A stretch of 54,636 nucleotides of DNA, filler included, from Dirinaria sp. TL-2023a (GCA_051941275.1; 2 parts of 2 records of this genome joined end to end with filler, not necessarily neighbours in it); one strand, 5' to 3'. Positions 25,017 to 35,427 are shown, numbered from the whole stretch's first letter. Program-made: numbers and translations. Notes: generated by a model from the sequence alone, not told the origin.

Positions 25017-25154
25017 CAAGCGGGTGGGTAGTTGGCGCAGTGATAAAAATACCGAGACAACGATGAAGCTAGAGCCTGACATACGCTGAGTGGCTTGGTC
25101 AGTAAAGGTCCGAAGTGTTCAAATCTTCGGATCTGAGATTTTCGGCCTTTTTTT
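25017..25154 (+). ncRNA. Putative Pol III-type / tRNA-derived non-coding unit, copy B
   Basis: TATAATA 24986-24992, A-box-like TGGCGCAGTG 25033-25042, B-box-like GTTCAAATC 25117-25125 in the loop of a 9-bp hairpin (25107-25133), then T-runs at 25139-25142 and 25148-25154. Confidence 0.55.
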
Positions 25155-25205
25155 GCCTTTTTTTTTTTTTAGGTTTTTTTTTTTGGATTTTGTTTTTGTG
25201 TTTTT
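25139..25205 (+). terminator. Oligo-dT tract, candidate Pol III terminator / low-complexity T run
   Basis: Successive T4, T7 and T13-type runs directly after the A-box/B-box unit. Confidence 0.4.
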
Positions 25206-25733
25206 CAAAATTGCCCTAGGGTTTCCCGAGTCACTGCACATTTCCGGGCGGTCATGGAAATCAAGGTATTGATGGTTTGTCTTGGATAGAACATGTCTCT
25301 TTCTGCGGGCTTGGAGCGTTTGTTTGTATTTCTGTTGGCATGTGATTGATTAGCGAGACTAAGGCTACGCTAGAGGACTGCTTTTTTAAAGGTACTTACA
25401 CGCAGCTTTCCGTTAAATCTTGTATCCGGATTACAGACCCAGCGAGAAGCGAGCATTATAGCACTGTATAAGAACAGTTGGAAAATTGGCGTACGCAGCA
25501 ATACGCTTTTGCATTGTCTACGTCTTGGGTAGTGTGTTCTGCTCGATGAATCTTGGAAAACGATCAGCGAGCAAGGCTTCGAAGCAGATAAATGAATGCA
25601 AAAGAATATATGTTCTTTTTGAAACGTTCCATTGTAGCGAAATTTGCGCAGCAGGCGAAGCATTAGTCTGCCATGCGACCTAGTATAGGTTCCCAGCCCA
25701 CGCGTCCTTATGAATGACACACTTTATTCTCCT

Positions 25734-26168
25734 TCAAACATCGTTCGACCCTAAGGCAAGATTATGAGAATTCTGCGACAAAGTCACCCTTACTCCTCGG
25801 CTTTGCAAACTCGGACTGGTGACAAAGAAATCGTGCTTGACGTCAACGTCCCTCTCGCGATCCGTGTCATACAACTGCATCCGAGTCCCGAGTCTCCTAA
25901 ACACCGTCGCAAGTGCCAGATGAATCTCCGCTTGAGCTAAATTCATACCAACGCATTGACGCGTGCCTTTTCCAAAATGAAATAGATATTTGAGCTTTTC
26001 TCCCTTGTCCGAGCCCATCCATCTTGAGGGGTCGAAGTTTCTGGGTTCCGGGAATATATTAGGATCATCGTGCAGATCTTGTGGGCTCATTCCGACGGGC
26101 GTACCAGGCGGAATCACCCAGTCTCGAAACGTCAAGCTCTTATCAGGGTGAACCCGTTGTAAGCGATG
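25734..26168 (-). pseudogene. Cytochrome P450 3' portion (trichodiene-oxygenase-like), interrupted by LTR insertion
   Basis: HRLQRVHPD, IPPGTPVGMS, PERF-like FPEPRNFDPSRW and heme motif FGKGTRQCVG. Similarity stops just after the ExxR region, exactly where the LTR starts at 26169. Confidence 0.85.
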
Positions 26169-26388
26169 TGTTACGAGCATGCACCTGGTATACTACCTGG
26201 GGCAACACCTCCCAGGGCTCTCAGGGGTAATGCGCTAACCCGATCGGGGTGTTTACCCGACACCCGCACACGCATATATACCTGGGACCCCCTATTGTAT
26301 CTAGCTTCTCTTCTTCTTCTTTCCTTCCTTAGTGATAATATCTTAGTTAACTATACCTGCATTGACTTGCTCTGCACCGGTCCTAACA
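26169..26388 (+). mobile_element. Long terminal repeat (220 bp), probable 5' LTR of a Gypsy/Tf1-like element
   Basis: Termini TGTTACGA...TCCTAACA (7/8 inverted match, TG..CA), internal TATATA 26275-26280 and a CT-rich tract. Abuts the broken P450 frame. Confidence 0.75.
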
Positions 26389-26433
26389 CTATATTATCAC
26401 TCCATCTAGCTGAGGATGTAAACTTCAGATCAC

Positions 26434-26650
26434 ACTCGCAATACTTGCGGACGAGTATAACCTCCGCAATTGTCGCAACATGATGTTTCCCTGCTCTTGT
26501 GGTCTGGGCATCGTTGCACCAAAACTCGCAATACTTGTGGACGAGTATAACCTCCGCAATTGTCGCAATGACGTGTTTTCCTGCCCTTGTGGTTTGGGCA
26601 CTGTTGCAAACTCGCAATGCTTGTGAACGAGTATAACCTTCGCAATTGCC
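26434..26650. repeat. Tandem repeat, about 86-90-bp unit, about 2.5 copies
   Basis: ACTCGCAAT(A/G)CTTG..ACGAGTATAACCT.CGCAATTG starts at 26434, 26524 and 26610. Confidence 0.9.
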
Positions 26651-26729
26651 GGTGGCCCTCTTGTGGTTAGTACACTGGTGGCCCTCTTGTGGGTTAGTAC
26701 ACTGGTGGCCCTTTTGTGGTTAGTACACT
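26651..26729. repeat. Tandem repeat, 26-27-bp unit x3
   Basis: GGTGGCCCT(C/T)TTGTGG(G)TTAGTACACT at 26651, 26677 and 26704. Confidence 0.92.
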
Positions 26730-27342
26730 GTTTAAGTCCGTGCCATCTGGAGGATGCGAGAAGGCCCTACACGGCTGGGCAATCGACTCATTAGGAACCC
26801 TTCATGGCCAAGTCCTACAGTGAGCCTGCTTCAATGGCATCGCCAAGGCCTGTTCAGGCACCCCTCAAAGCCCTGCGCGGCAGGCAACATCGGCAAGGCC
26901 TGTTGATGCAACAGTGAGCCTGCTTCAATGGCAATCACATCGTCAAGGCCTTTTCAGGCATCTCCGTGTTATGGTGGGACCAAATCCAACGCCAAATAAG
27001 GGCATACAAAAGGGTTGACGGCTGGGAAATTTGGGTGCACACGACTGCCAAATATACCACAAAAGCACCGCCAGATAACCCGACAAATCGTCAATGCACC
27101 ATGGCCTGCTCAACCGCCATAACCTTCCTCAAAGCCCTGCGCGGCAGACAACAAACACACACAGCGAGCCGGCTACAACAGGCACTTTCCTACAATGTCA
27201 ACACGCACAGCAGGCCTGCTACAAAAGGCACAAAACATCGGTGTAGGGTCAACATCTATTGGCCAGAATATTAGGATACAAACTTGGAAGGGAACAAGTC
27301 GCCATACCGGGTACAAACGCTAGGAATTGGACCTTCAAGAAC

Positions 27343-27442
27343 NNNNNNNNNNNNNNNNNNNNNNNNNNNNNNNNNNNNNNNNNNNNTTAATTAATTAANN
27401 NNNNNNNNNNNNNNNNNNNNNNNNNNNNNNNNNNNNNNNNNN
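27343..27442. other. Artificial contig-joining spacer
   Basis: 44 N + TTAATTAATTAA (stops in all six frames) + 44 N, exactly 100 bp. Confidence 0.95.
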
Positions 27443-27486
27443 AAAAAAAAAAAAAAACACACAAAAAAGAAAAGAGAATTTACCAT

Positions 27487-28604
27487 CTACTCTGGCTTTT
27501 GCTCGCTAGGGTTTCCAAAGTCAGCACAATCAAATCTGACACCCTCCCCCCCAATAAGTAGGGTCTGGGGGGGGGGAAACTTACGGTTGGTAAAGGTCTT
27601 TGGCAGGCGGTAATCGGAGGCGATGCCATCGCGACCGAATCTGTTCACTTCTTTCGAGGCGGGCATCGATTGCAGCGCGACGTAGCAATCGCTGGGATCC
27701 TCCAAGACGGGCTGATCCCAGCATGTGACGTGCGGTTCGTAGTGCTCCATCGTCACTTTCAGGTCACCGTGAGCACCTATTTTCGCAAGGTTGGTTAGTT
27801 CTGACTGGCAAGTATTGTTTCAGTTGGCGTGCGAGCGAGCGCAGAAGCTGTTCATCGCTCTGAAAACCCTATTCTTGTGATTACGCTTCAGATCATTTGA
27901 TTGTATGGGCCTTTCAAACAGCGGTGGAGCGATTGAACCTACCGATCGGGCCTATGGCTCCACCACGAGCTGGCACGCCTGCGGCAATCTTTTGGAGAGC
28001 ACAGAAGTCAAGCAACTGTCCAGTAGCCTGTGCAATGGCGAGAAACGTGGTGGTGTCGCCTAGAGCCCCTTGTCGGATGTCGATGGTGAAAGCACACAGA
28101 CCATCAGCTGGATTGAAGCCGTAGACCGTGTCAGTGATCAATCCTATACCGCGTAAAGGCTTGCAAGGGAGTTATCGATAACCCATATATCCACGCAGTT
28201 TGCCATGTTCGAAAAGACTGGAAAACTCATTACTCACCACTGACTACACGAGTGGGAAGCGGAACTTCGAAATTAGCTTGGCCACGCTCACCGAAGGTTC
28301 GAGGTTGCGTCGATGCTCCCATCGACTGCAGCGCTTGTAGACAGCTGCCTGCAGGGAATCTTGACTCGGGCACAAAGATATCACACATAGGCACGAGGAC
28401 ATTGTTGGACACATTGTGCAACGACGGGAAGAGCCTAGATGCATTTGTGGATATTGTAGGCAATGTCGAGTTGCTGGTGACCAATAACGATGGGGGCAGT
28501 TGCAACGCGAAAGATAAAGTAGTTTCTAGCAGTAGCAGTACGATGATGACCACGGATTTGGCAGGCAATTCAAGATTTCCGAGGACACATCTTTTGAGAA
28601 CCAT
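27487..28604 (-). CDS. Secreted Cys-containing protein with a tandemly duplicated small domain; 3' end truncated by the gap
   Basis: Hydrophobic N-terminus (VVIIVLLLLETTLSFALQLP) and two similar units (C..SCLQALQSM...TFGERG...VPLP and C..DCYVALQSM...RFGRDG...YRLP) across GT-AG-linked exons. Confidence 0.7.
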
Positions 28605-29563
28605 AATTCACAAATGCAGGGCCGCAGAGCCGCGAATGAAAAGTCTAGAAGAGAAGGGGAAAGAGAGCTCGAGATGGGCTACTCGCCAGTAGAGACCAAC
28701 TTTATCTAATCGAGGTCCTAGGAATGGCGGTTTGCCTCATCCACGGATATGGAATCATTGACGCGCAGAGAATCCGACATGCTCAATCGCTTAAAGCGAC
28801 GGACCATGGAAACAATATTCCGAAACGCGCAAATGTCCCTCTTTCGGCAACCGAAATCTCGTTCTTTCACGGAGATGTGTTGTAGGAATTAGCCGACTCA
28901 AGAAAGGAATGCCTTTAAAACTTACGAAAAAGAAATATACTCCATCGACTAGAAGAGTACTTTTGGAGATGGGTTGAAAACTAAATTTTTGCGGGATTAA
29001 CGTACATCGGCACCGTATGATAATTAAAGCATACTCCTTGCTTAGAGTGTTATCAGCATCTTGTCGCCGGGGTATAGTAGTCGAGGATGGTTAAAAGCTC
29101 TTCGAGCGTACCTGCTCAAGGCCTTGAGTCCGGTTTAGAAGCCTAGACTGGTATCCATGGAAGTAAGGTAACCAAAATCATCCCTCGGGAAGTCAGGTCA
29201 GCTGTTTAAAAGGAAAAGCATTGTTAAAGATCTTTGGATTATTCTTGAAATCAATGGTGCACCGTGGTAGAAGTACCATTGCGCCCCCCTTCGCATTCTA
29301 ATAATTCTTCGCTATATTGGGATTTATAGTTGGTCATATTTGGTAGCGTATGCATAGAATTTCTTCAGTATACGTTTGCATGTCAATGCAACAATGAAGC
29401 AGACCAAGGTGTGAAGTGAGGTCCTTGCACTCACAACGTAGCGCCCTCGTGGCCTGCCTCACGCTTCAGCCTTTTTGGCCAAATGAGATTTGATGAGGTG
29501 AAGGTATTGCCAAACAAGCGCTTTGTTGCAATTCAGAAGCTAGTTTGGGAGCCAATAGCTTAC

Positions 29564-30662
29564 CTAAACGCTCATCTTCATACTGATTTTTGAATGCGGT
29601 TTGTAGTCGATAACTTCGAAGTCTTCCGGTTTCCAACCATCTATCTCACAGTTGAAAGGTTTCTTGATCATCAAGCGCGGAAAGGGATTTGGTTCTCTTG
29701 CCAGTTGAAACTCCAACGCCTCGACATGGTCAAGGTACACATGTGCATCACCCAACGTATGGATGAATGTGCCGGGAGTTAGGTCGCAAGCATGGGCCAG
29801 CATATGCGTGAGCAGCGCATACGAAGCGATGTTGAAAGGCACACCCAGGCCCATGTCACATGAGCGTTGATACAACTGGCAGGAAAGGACGCCCCGTGTC
29901 TTGGAAGAGTCTTTGCCGTTTGCGTGATTTGCGCCCTTGGACGTTCTTGGGAAGGATACGTAGAATTGAGCAAACATGTGGCAAGGAGGCAGCGCCATCT
30001 TCGCTAAATCCGCAGGATTCCACGCGCTCAGGATGATCCGTCGATCGAACGGTTTATTCTTTAGCTTATCAATGACCTCGGCCAATTGATCCACGCCTTT
30101 GCCTGTGTAGTCCGTCTTCGCATCGACGTATTCGGCGCCGAAGTGGCGCCATTGGAAGCCATAGACCGGTCCTAGATCCCCTACCTCGCGGTGGGAGAGG
30201 CCAACACTGTCCAGGTATTCACGACTGCCGTTGCCGTCCCAAATCTTGACGCCCGCTTCAGACAAGGGTATTGAGGACGTACAGCCGGAGATAAACCACA
30301 GAAGTTCCGCTACAACAGCCCGGAGGAACACGCGCTTCGTGGTTAAGAGAGGAAGAATCGGCACCGGAGGCTCCGAAGGATTCACTGAAGGCCGAGAGAG
30401 TGAGAAGCGAAGTGCTGGAGGAGCAAAGAGCGAGAGTGTTCCTGTCCCCGTTCTAGATACGTTTCAATCAATCAGAGTTCATACCAAGGATCTGTACCGA
30501 GTACCTGTCTGGTCGATGCTCTCCATCGGCAAGAATCTGGCGTATTAGATTGAGATACTGGTGTTCTTCATGCGTGCTTGGCTGCAGATTCAGGGATGAT
30601 GCATCATCTCCACGTATAGTACCATCGGTGCCGTTACGCGCATCTTGCATTGCCATGGGCAT
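29564..30662 (-). CDS. CDC21: Thymidylate synthase (2 exons)
   Basis: [40 protein letters not shown], catalytic [25 protein letters not shown] and GDAHVY. Confidence 0.98.
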
Positions 30663-30725
30663 TATCAATCAGCACAAGAGGAGCTTCAATGGACAGCCTT
30701 TTGTGAAAAGGAAAAGGCACTTTGC

Positions 30726-30797
30726 CCGCGACGCGACGCGTCCACCATCACGACCATCGAACATCGTACCATTAGGGTTCAGATCGGGTTTTTCGCG
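30726..30797. promoter_or_regulatory. MCB/SCB-like G1/S cell-cycle boxes upstream of thymidylate synthase
   Basis: CGCGACGCGACGCGT, with ACGCGT at 30736-30741, and CGCGAAA on the minus strand at 30791-30797, 65-135 bp upstream of the ATG. Confidence 0.65.
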
Positions 30798-31144
30798 ACT
30801 TTACGGAACAAGGATGATCCCTCCCGAATTCCCCTACTGAATCTTTGCGGTCCGAGGGGTCCATCATCCTTAGAAACAAAGTCACGTACTTCAAGTATTC
30901 GACCATTTGAAGATTCTTATTCCATCAAGCATTTATCAAATCGACACCCCTACAAAGAGACGATAATTCGCTGTCCAGCATTTGTATTAAAAAATCCAAC
31001 AACCCCGTAACTCCAAGCCTCTAGAGCATTTGAGGGTACAATTTGCGAGTTCGACATCCAACTGCTGAATATGAAATTAGTTGGTAGGTGACGCGGATTA
31101 GGCCACCTATGTTGCGCAAGATCCCCGGGTATGATCTCGCACAA

Positions 31145-31345
31145 AGAACCTCAGATCGCAAAGGATGAGAGGATGAAGAAAATTCCTCCCGTTCGGGGGA
31201 TCCTGCTCTCCTGCTGACTGCTTTAAGCGGCGCGGCACTTTAATTCGAACCACGTACTACACAGAGTGTGCTTTGGATAACGCTTGTGCAATAACGAACC
31301 AGGGTGAGCGCTGCGATTTGTGTTGCGCCTTTCACACCTTATTTT
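31145..31345 (-). ncRNA. Candidate structured Pol III-type RNA
   Basis: Minus strand: ATTAAATA (31380-31373), GGTGTGAAAGGCGCAA (31338-31323), B-box-like GGTTCGAAT (31251-31243), hairpins, then GATCTGAG (31157-31150) before a T-rich stretch. Confidence 0.3.
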
Positions 31346-32050
31346 AAGGAACTCCAGGCGATTCCGTCGAGGTATTTAATCAATAAATGGCTCTCTCAGC
31401 GGTCCGCGATTTGCTGCAAATGATCTGCTGAAGTTGAAACGAATCTGGTCCTCAAGTGAATGACTTCTGTGCTGTCGTGGCTCGAGCGTGCAGAGGGTTT
31501 TGCACACATGGTCCAGGGACTTGAGAATTGTGGCGCAATAATGATGATGAACTGCTGAACATAACGTACCTTACAGTAGGTATATACTTTCAGAGAATAA
31601 AAATGGACTGCAACTCGGATTGCTGTTTTACGTGCCTCAGTGGTGTAACAGTAGCGCTTGCTGAGAGACTTCAGCCTCAACCAATTAGGAAAATAAGTAC
31701 CTACATTACACACATGGCAATAATTAAGAGATCCATGGCTGAGAGCAGCCAAGTGGTCCCGATCATGACACTACTATCATGGTATTACTCGTACTCGAGC
31801 GTGAAACAAGTATTAATTCAAACTACCTAGTATCCTGATACTGTGGCAAGGGAGTGACTGTTAGAGTGGTTCTAATTTGGGAAGAGCCAGCCCCCATGAA
31901 CGAATTAGCCTCTTAGCTTCTGGGCTCGAGAAGACTTCGCTCCCGAGAAGACACGTTCTTTCTAGGCGTCCAGCTGGAACGGGGTTTCCGCGCTCTTGAA
32001 CTCTTCTATGAGGAAGAGATCGCGACTGGACCATATGGGTTCTCCATATT

Positions 32051-33212
32051 TTAAGAGGACTTCTTTCGTTCAACGTAGAGCTTACCGTTCTTGTCCTTGC
32101 GAACGGTGTACTTGTAGCCGAATTTTTCATACTGGCCCACGACTTTGTCCTCATCAGGCTTTTGTTCCGACGGAGTTTTTTCGGGGTTTGTGTCGCTGAT
32201 GAGGCCGCCGTTGTCCTGGTTCCACTGTTCGATTGATTTCCTCTGTTCTTCCGCGGCCTCGAGAGTACCATCTTGTTCCCAGCATTTCTTTACGCTCTCG
32301 CTCCATCGCGATGGCCAGTATTCGCACGCTACCCGTGGGTGCTTGTCCTCATCTGCGAGGATCGTGTTGATAACGTCGTCGGGAGTCTCGAAGGTAATTT
32401 TGGTGATCTTTTTGATTATTGAGCTTGTGGGATCTTTGGTCGGGTTATTCGAGCCTGGGCGCCGACGCCAGTCAACGACGTTAATGAAATGCCATGGAGT
32501 TTGAATGATCTCTTTTGCATCGTCCGATTTTATCTTCTTCTGGTCCTTTGCCCGGTTCACGACATCCACGAAGGCCTTGCGAAAACCGTCCACACTCTTG
32601 CCGGTACCTGAGTGGTCGACTACGACTATCCGATCGAAAGCGGCGTTATTAAGACGCTTTTTTAGGACACGATCCCAGTATCCGTCTAGGCCGGCATTGG
32701 TGGGTTGACCTTTGCCGTCTTGCTGATTAGTCTTATAGATTTTGCTTTTGCTCAACGGTAGGGAGTTCATGTTATATGAGCCTTTATCGAAAGGGTAAAT
32801 AAGGTAGCTATGAGAGCAATCGTAAGCTTAAACATTCTGCATCTTTCATTCAAGGACAACTAACCTGCCGCTGTTGCCAACGAAGAAAATCAGATCCTTT
32901 TTTTTCAACTTGTCTCGGATCTGCTCGGACAAGGCGCGAAGAACCGAATTCTCGTAGTCGGATAGTAGAGGACGTGGTGCTCGCTGAACTAAGTCCACCT
33001 CCGTGGTAGGGGCTCTCTCTTCAAGCTGAGGAGCCAGCCTTGGTTCGAGCGCGGAGAGGCCAACTCCATTGCTGCCAGACAATAGATCAATAAACCATAA
33101 CGAGGGACGGACGATACAAGAGAGCTTACTCGGATTTTGGTATCAATCCTGAGTGAACATTGACGGCCAATGACACCCAGGTCAGAAGTGATAAAGTGTT
33201 CTTCAGAAGCAT
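32051..33212 (-). CDS. Secreted hypothetical protein with PRTase-like motifs (3 exons)
   Basis: Signal peptide MLLKNTLSLLTWVSLAVNVHS, propeptide ending EERA/VQRA, two GT-AG introns joining ORFs 32846-33082 and 32051-32770, and motifs LIFFVGNSGSY and RIVVVDHSGTGKSV. Confidence 0.75.
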
Positions 33213-34206
33213 TATTGCAGAAACTGACTTTAGAGAAATGATAGGCCAGCCTATCAAAAGGATTACAAGGTAAAAAACAATAAGCGAAAAGGAAATGTAT
33301 TGATTATTGAGGACGAATAGCGACTGAAGTGAACAATGATCAAGTAGGAAGCATGACTTTTATATCTTGACATATACAATGATAATCAACAGCCTCGCTG
33401 GCATGTCCCAACATCTGTGTCTGCATCCGAAGACGAAGAAGAGTCATCGAGCGTCATTCCAAGTTGGTGTGCCGGAACCACAACCAACTTGCAACTGCGG
33501 TTGTCGCTTGATATAGAAGTGGAACGTGGACTCATTGCTTGAAAATTGTAGAGCTTAGAAAGCAGAATCGTTTCAAAGTTTCAAGTGTGAAGGTCGAATC
33601 CGTGCGGCTAACAAGTCTCTGGGTTGATTAACCGGAAGTGGTGCTGGCAAAAATCTTCCGAGACTCAGCCTCAATTGTCGGCCTTCGTTGGAAACGACGT
33701 AATTGTGTCATTGTGTTCGTTAGCAACTTAGCGTAAGTGCTAGCATCAAGAATAAGGATGCGTTTGAGCTTGGCAAGGGCGTCTAAAACATGTTCATAGG
33801 GCGCCTCTGATCCTGCTGCGCTCTGTAGTGACATCAGAATGTTATGCTGAGACTGTGGGTTATGATCTGTCATGCTGCATACCCCGGCATGCCATACTAG
33901 CTACCAAATCTTATGAACTGTCCTGAACGTTTCTTGAAAGGAAAATCTCCCCGTGATCATTATGTTTCAAACGAAGATGAAACCAACCACAACCTTTCTC
34001 AGGCGGAGAACAACATGTTTGACTATTCTTGAAAGTCGACAACGCTCTGACACATTTCATCATCGACCATTTCGATACGTTGGCAAAGACCTCTTCTATC
34101 GCCCGTAGCCATACTTAACTGTCAGTTTCCCATCAACTTACGCTTCATTCTAATCTCTCCATCCTCTCTCACCTTTGTGTATTTCCTTGTTTCCTTATTA
34201 TTCATC

Positions 34207-34566
34207 ATGCAGTTCTCGTTTTCGACTTACCAGCTGGTTCTGGCCACTACATTCGTTGGGACTTCGATTCTCCCGATTAATGCTCGAGTACCTCTAGACG
34301 ACAGGGCTGCTACTACCTTTTCGACCTTGATTGCTCGCAGATCGGCCGGTATACAACCGTCAGGCAGGCCGTCAGGAAGTGGTGGTGCTTTTCCGACTGG
34401 AACAGGCGCAGGCGCGACGCTTCCCACAGGTGGACATTTCGAAGCCTTCGTATACGAAAATACCACCAAGACCAACGACACCGGTCCGCTCGTATCAGTT
34501 CAAGTCTTGAAACAGCCCTCGGTCAAAGATGACGACCCCATGGAATTTGATAAGAGTTCATCATAA
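34207..34566 (+). CDS. Small secreted Ser/Thr/Gly-rich protein
   Basis: MQFSFSTYQLVLATTFVGTSILPINA signal-like N-terminus, PSGSGGAFPTGTG low-complexity segment and NxT sequons. Confidence 0.55.
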   Translation: MQFSFSTYQLVLATTFVGTSILPINARVPLDDRAATTFSTLIARRSAGIQPSGRPSGSGGAFPTGTGAGATLPTGGHFEAFVYENTTKTNDTGPLVSVQVLKQPSVKDDDPMEFDKSSS

Positions 34567-35427
34567 GGTCGAGACGGTGAGTCGGAGTTCAAAGCTTGCT
34601 GATCTGTCGCTAATGCTTCCCCGTTTCAGTCATGGAAAGTTCATTCAGAGCCAGAAGCCTTAGCCATTCTGCGACTAGAACAAGCCGGATTTGTTCGAAA
34701 CGCTGAGCGTAATAGAAGGGCTTGACGGTTGGGAGCTTAATCGATAGAAACTTCTTAATAATCAACACTGTAACTCGAGCCGTATTAGACCTTTCTTGCG
34801 TTTACCTGTGAATCGTCAGAGCTATCAATTCCGAAATTGCCACGTGGTTGGTCTTAAGAAATTCAAAGATGATGATGGGTTTCGAAAGGCTTAGTGCTCC
34901 CAAACTTACTGCATGAGATTCTGGCCATTGCTACCAGTCGATCGTAATGAAAACTACACGATTGGTTCCACTCTTTGAGGGTCAGAGTCTTGGTCGAGTC
35001 GACTGAAGTCGGTTCCTTTTCATGCGTGACTTCTCATTACTGACGCGGATCATTGATCTCCAAACTGATCTTTGAAGAAGTCCATGACAAGCAATAGTAG
35101 AAGCATGATGACAGTTGAGTGCTTCGGTGGTTTGTTAAAGCTAAATATACTTGAAGAGGTTGGAAACGCGCTTGATTTCAACCTTACCATTCTTAATATC
35201 AGCCTAGTATCTTCAAGATCTAGCACATGATACAAGCCAACATTGAAGACCATGATGCCGGAATGAGCACAATAAAAAGGCATTGTTTCTTTTCGAAGTT
35301 ATGGTGAAGACTTCGCTTGTAGTGGCTCAGAATTTGGCTCGGCTCAAGGGTCTAAAATACAGGCAAAGAAGCTGCACCTTTCGGCTCGCTGTCCGCTTGA
35401 GGTACATCCCTACGGACTTCAAAAAGC

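Larger units (their letters stand above)
26389..27342 (+). mobile_element. Internal region of the LTR element, truncated by the contig end
   Basis: No target-site duplication after the LTR (CGATG vs CTATA), primer-site candidate at 26391-26401, repeat-rich sequence and no recognisable gag ORF. Confidence 0.6.

Noticed and set aside
25430..25683. Possible amino-acid permease relic (RFCIVYVLGSVFCSMN)
   Set aside because: A single short hydrophobic motif, too weak to call without an alignment.
26434..26729. CRISPR-like appearance of regularly spaced repeats
   Set aside because: Eukaryotic context, head-to-tail units without unique spacers, and no cas genes.
27387..27398. Palindromic TTAATTAATTAA island inside the N run
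   Set aside because: Standard artificial all-frame-stop linker, not biological. No gene-cluster inference was made across it.
30663..31144. Possible DHFR domain fused upstream of thymidylate synthase
   Set aside because: No DHFR motifs or open frame, and the region contains promoter-type MCB boxes.
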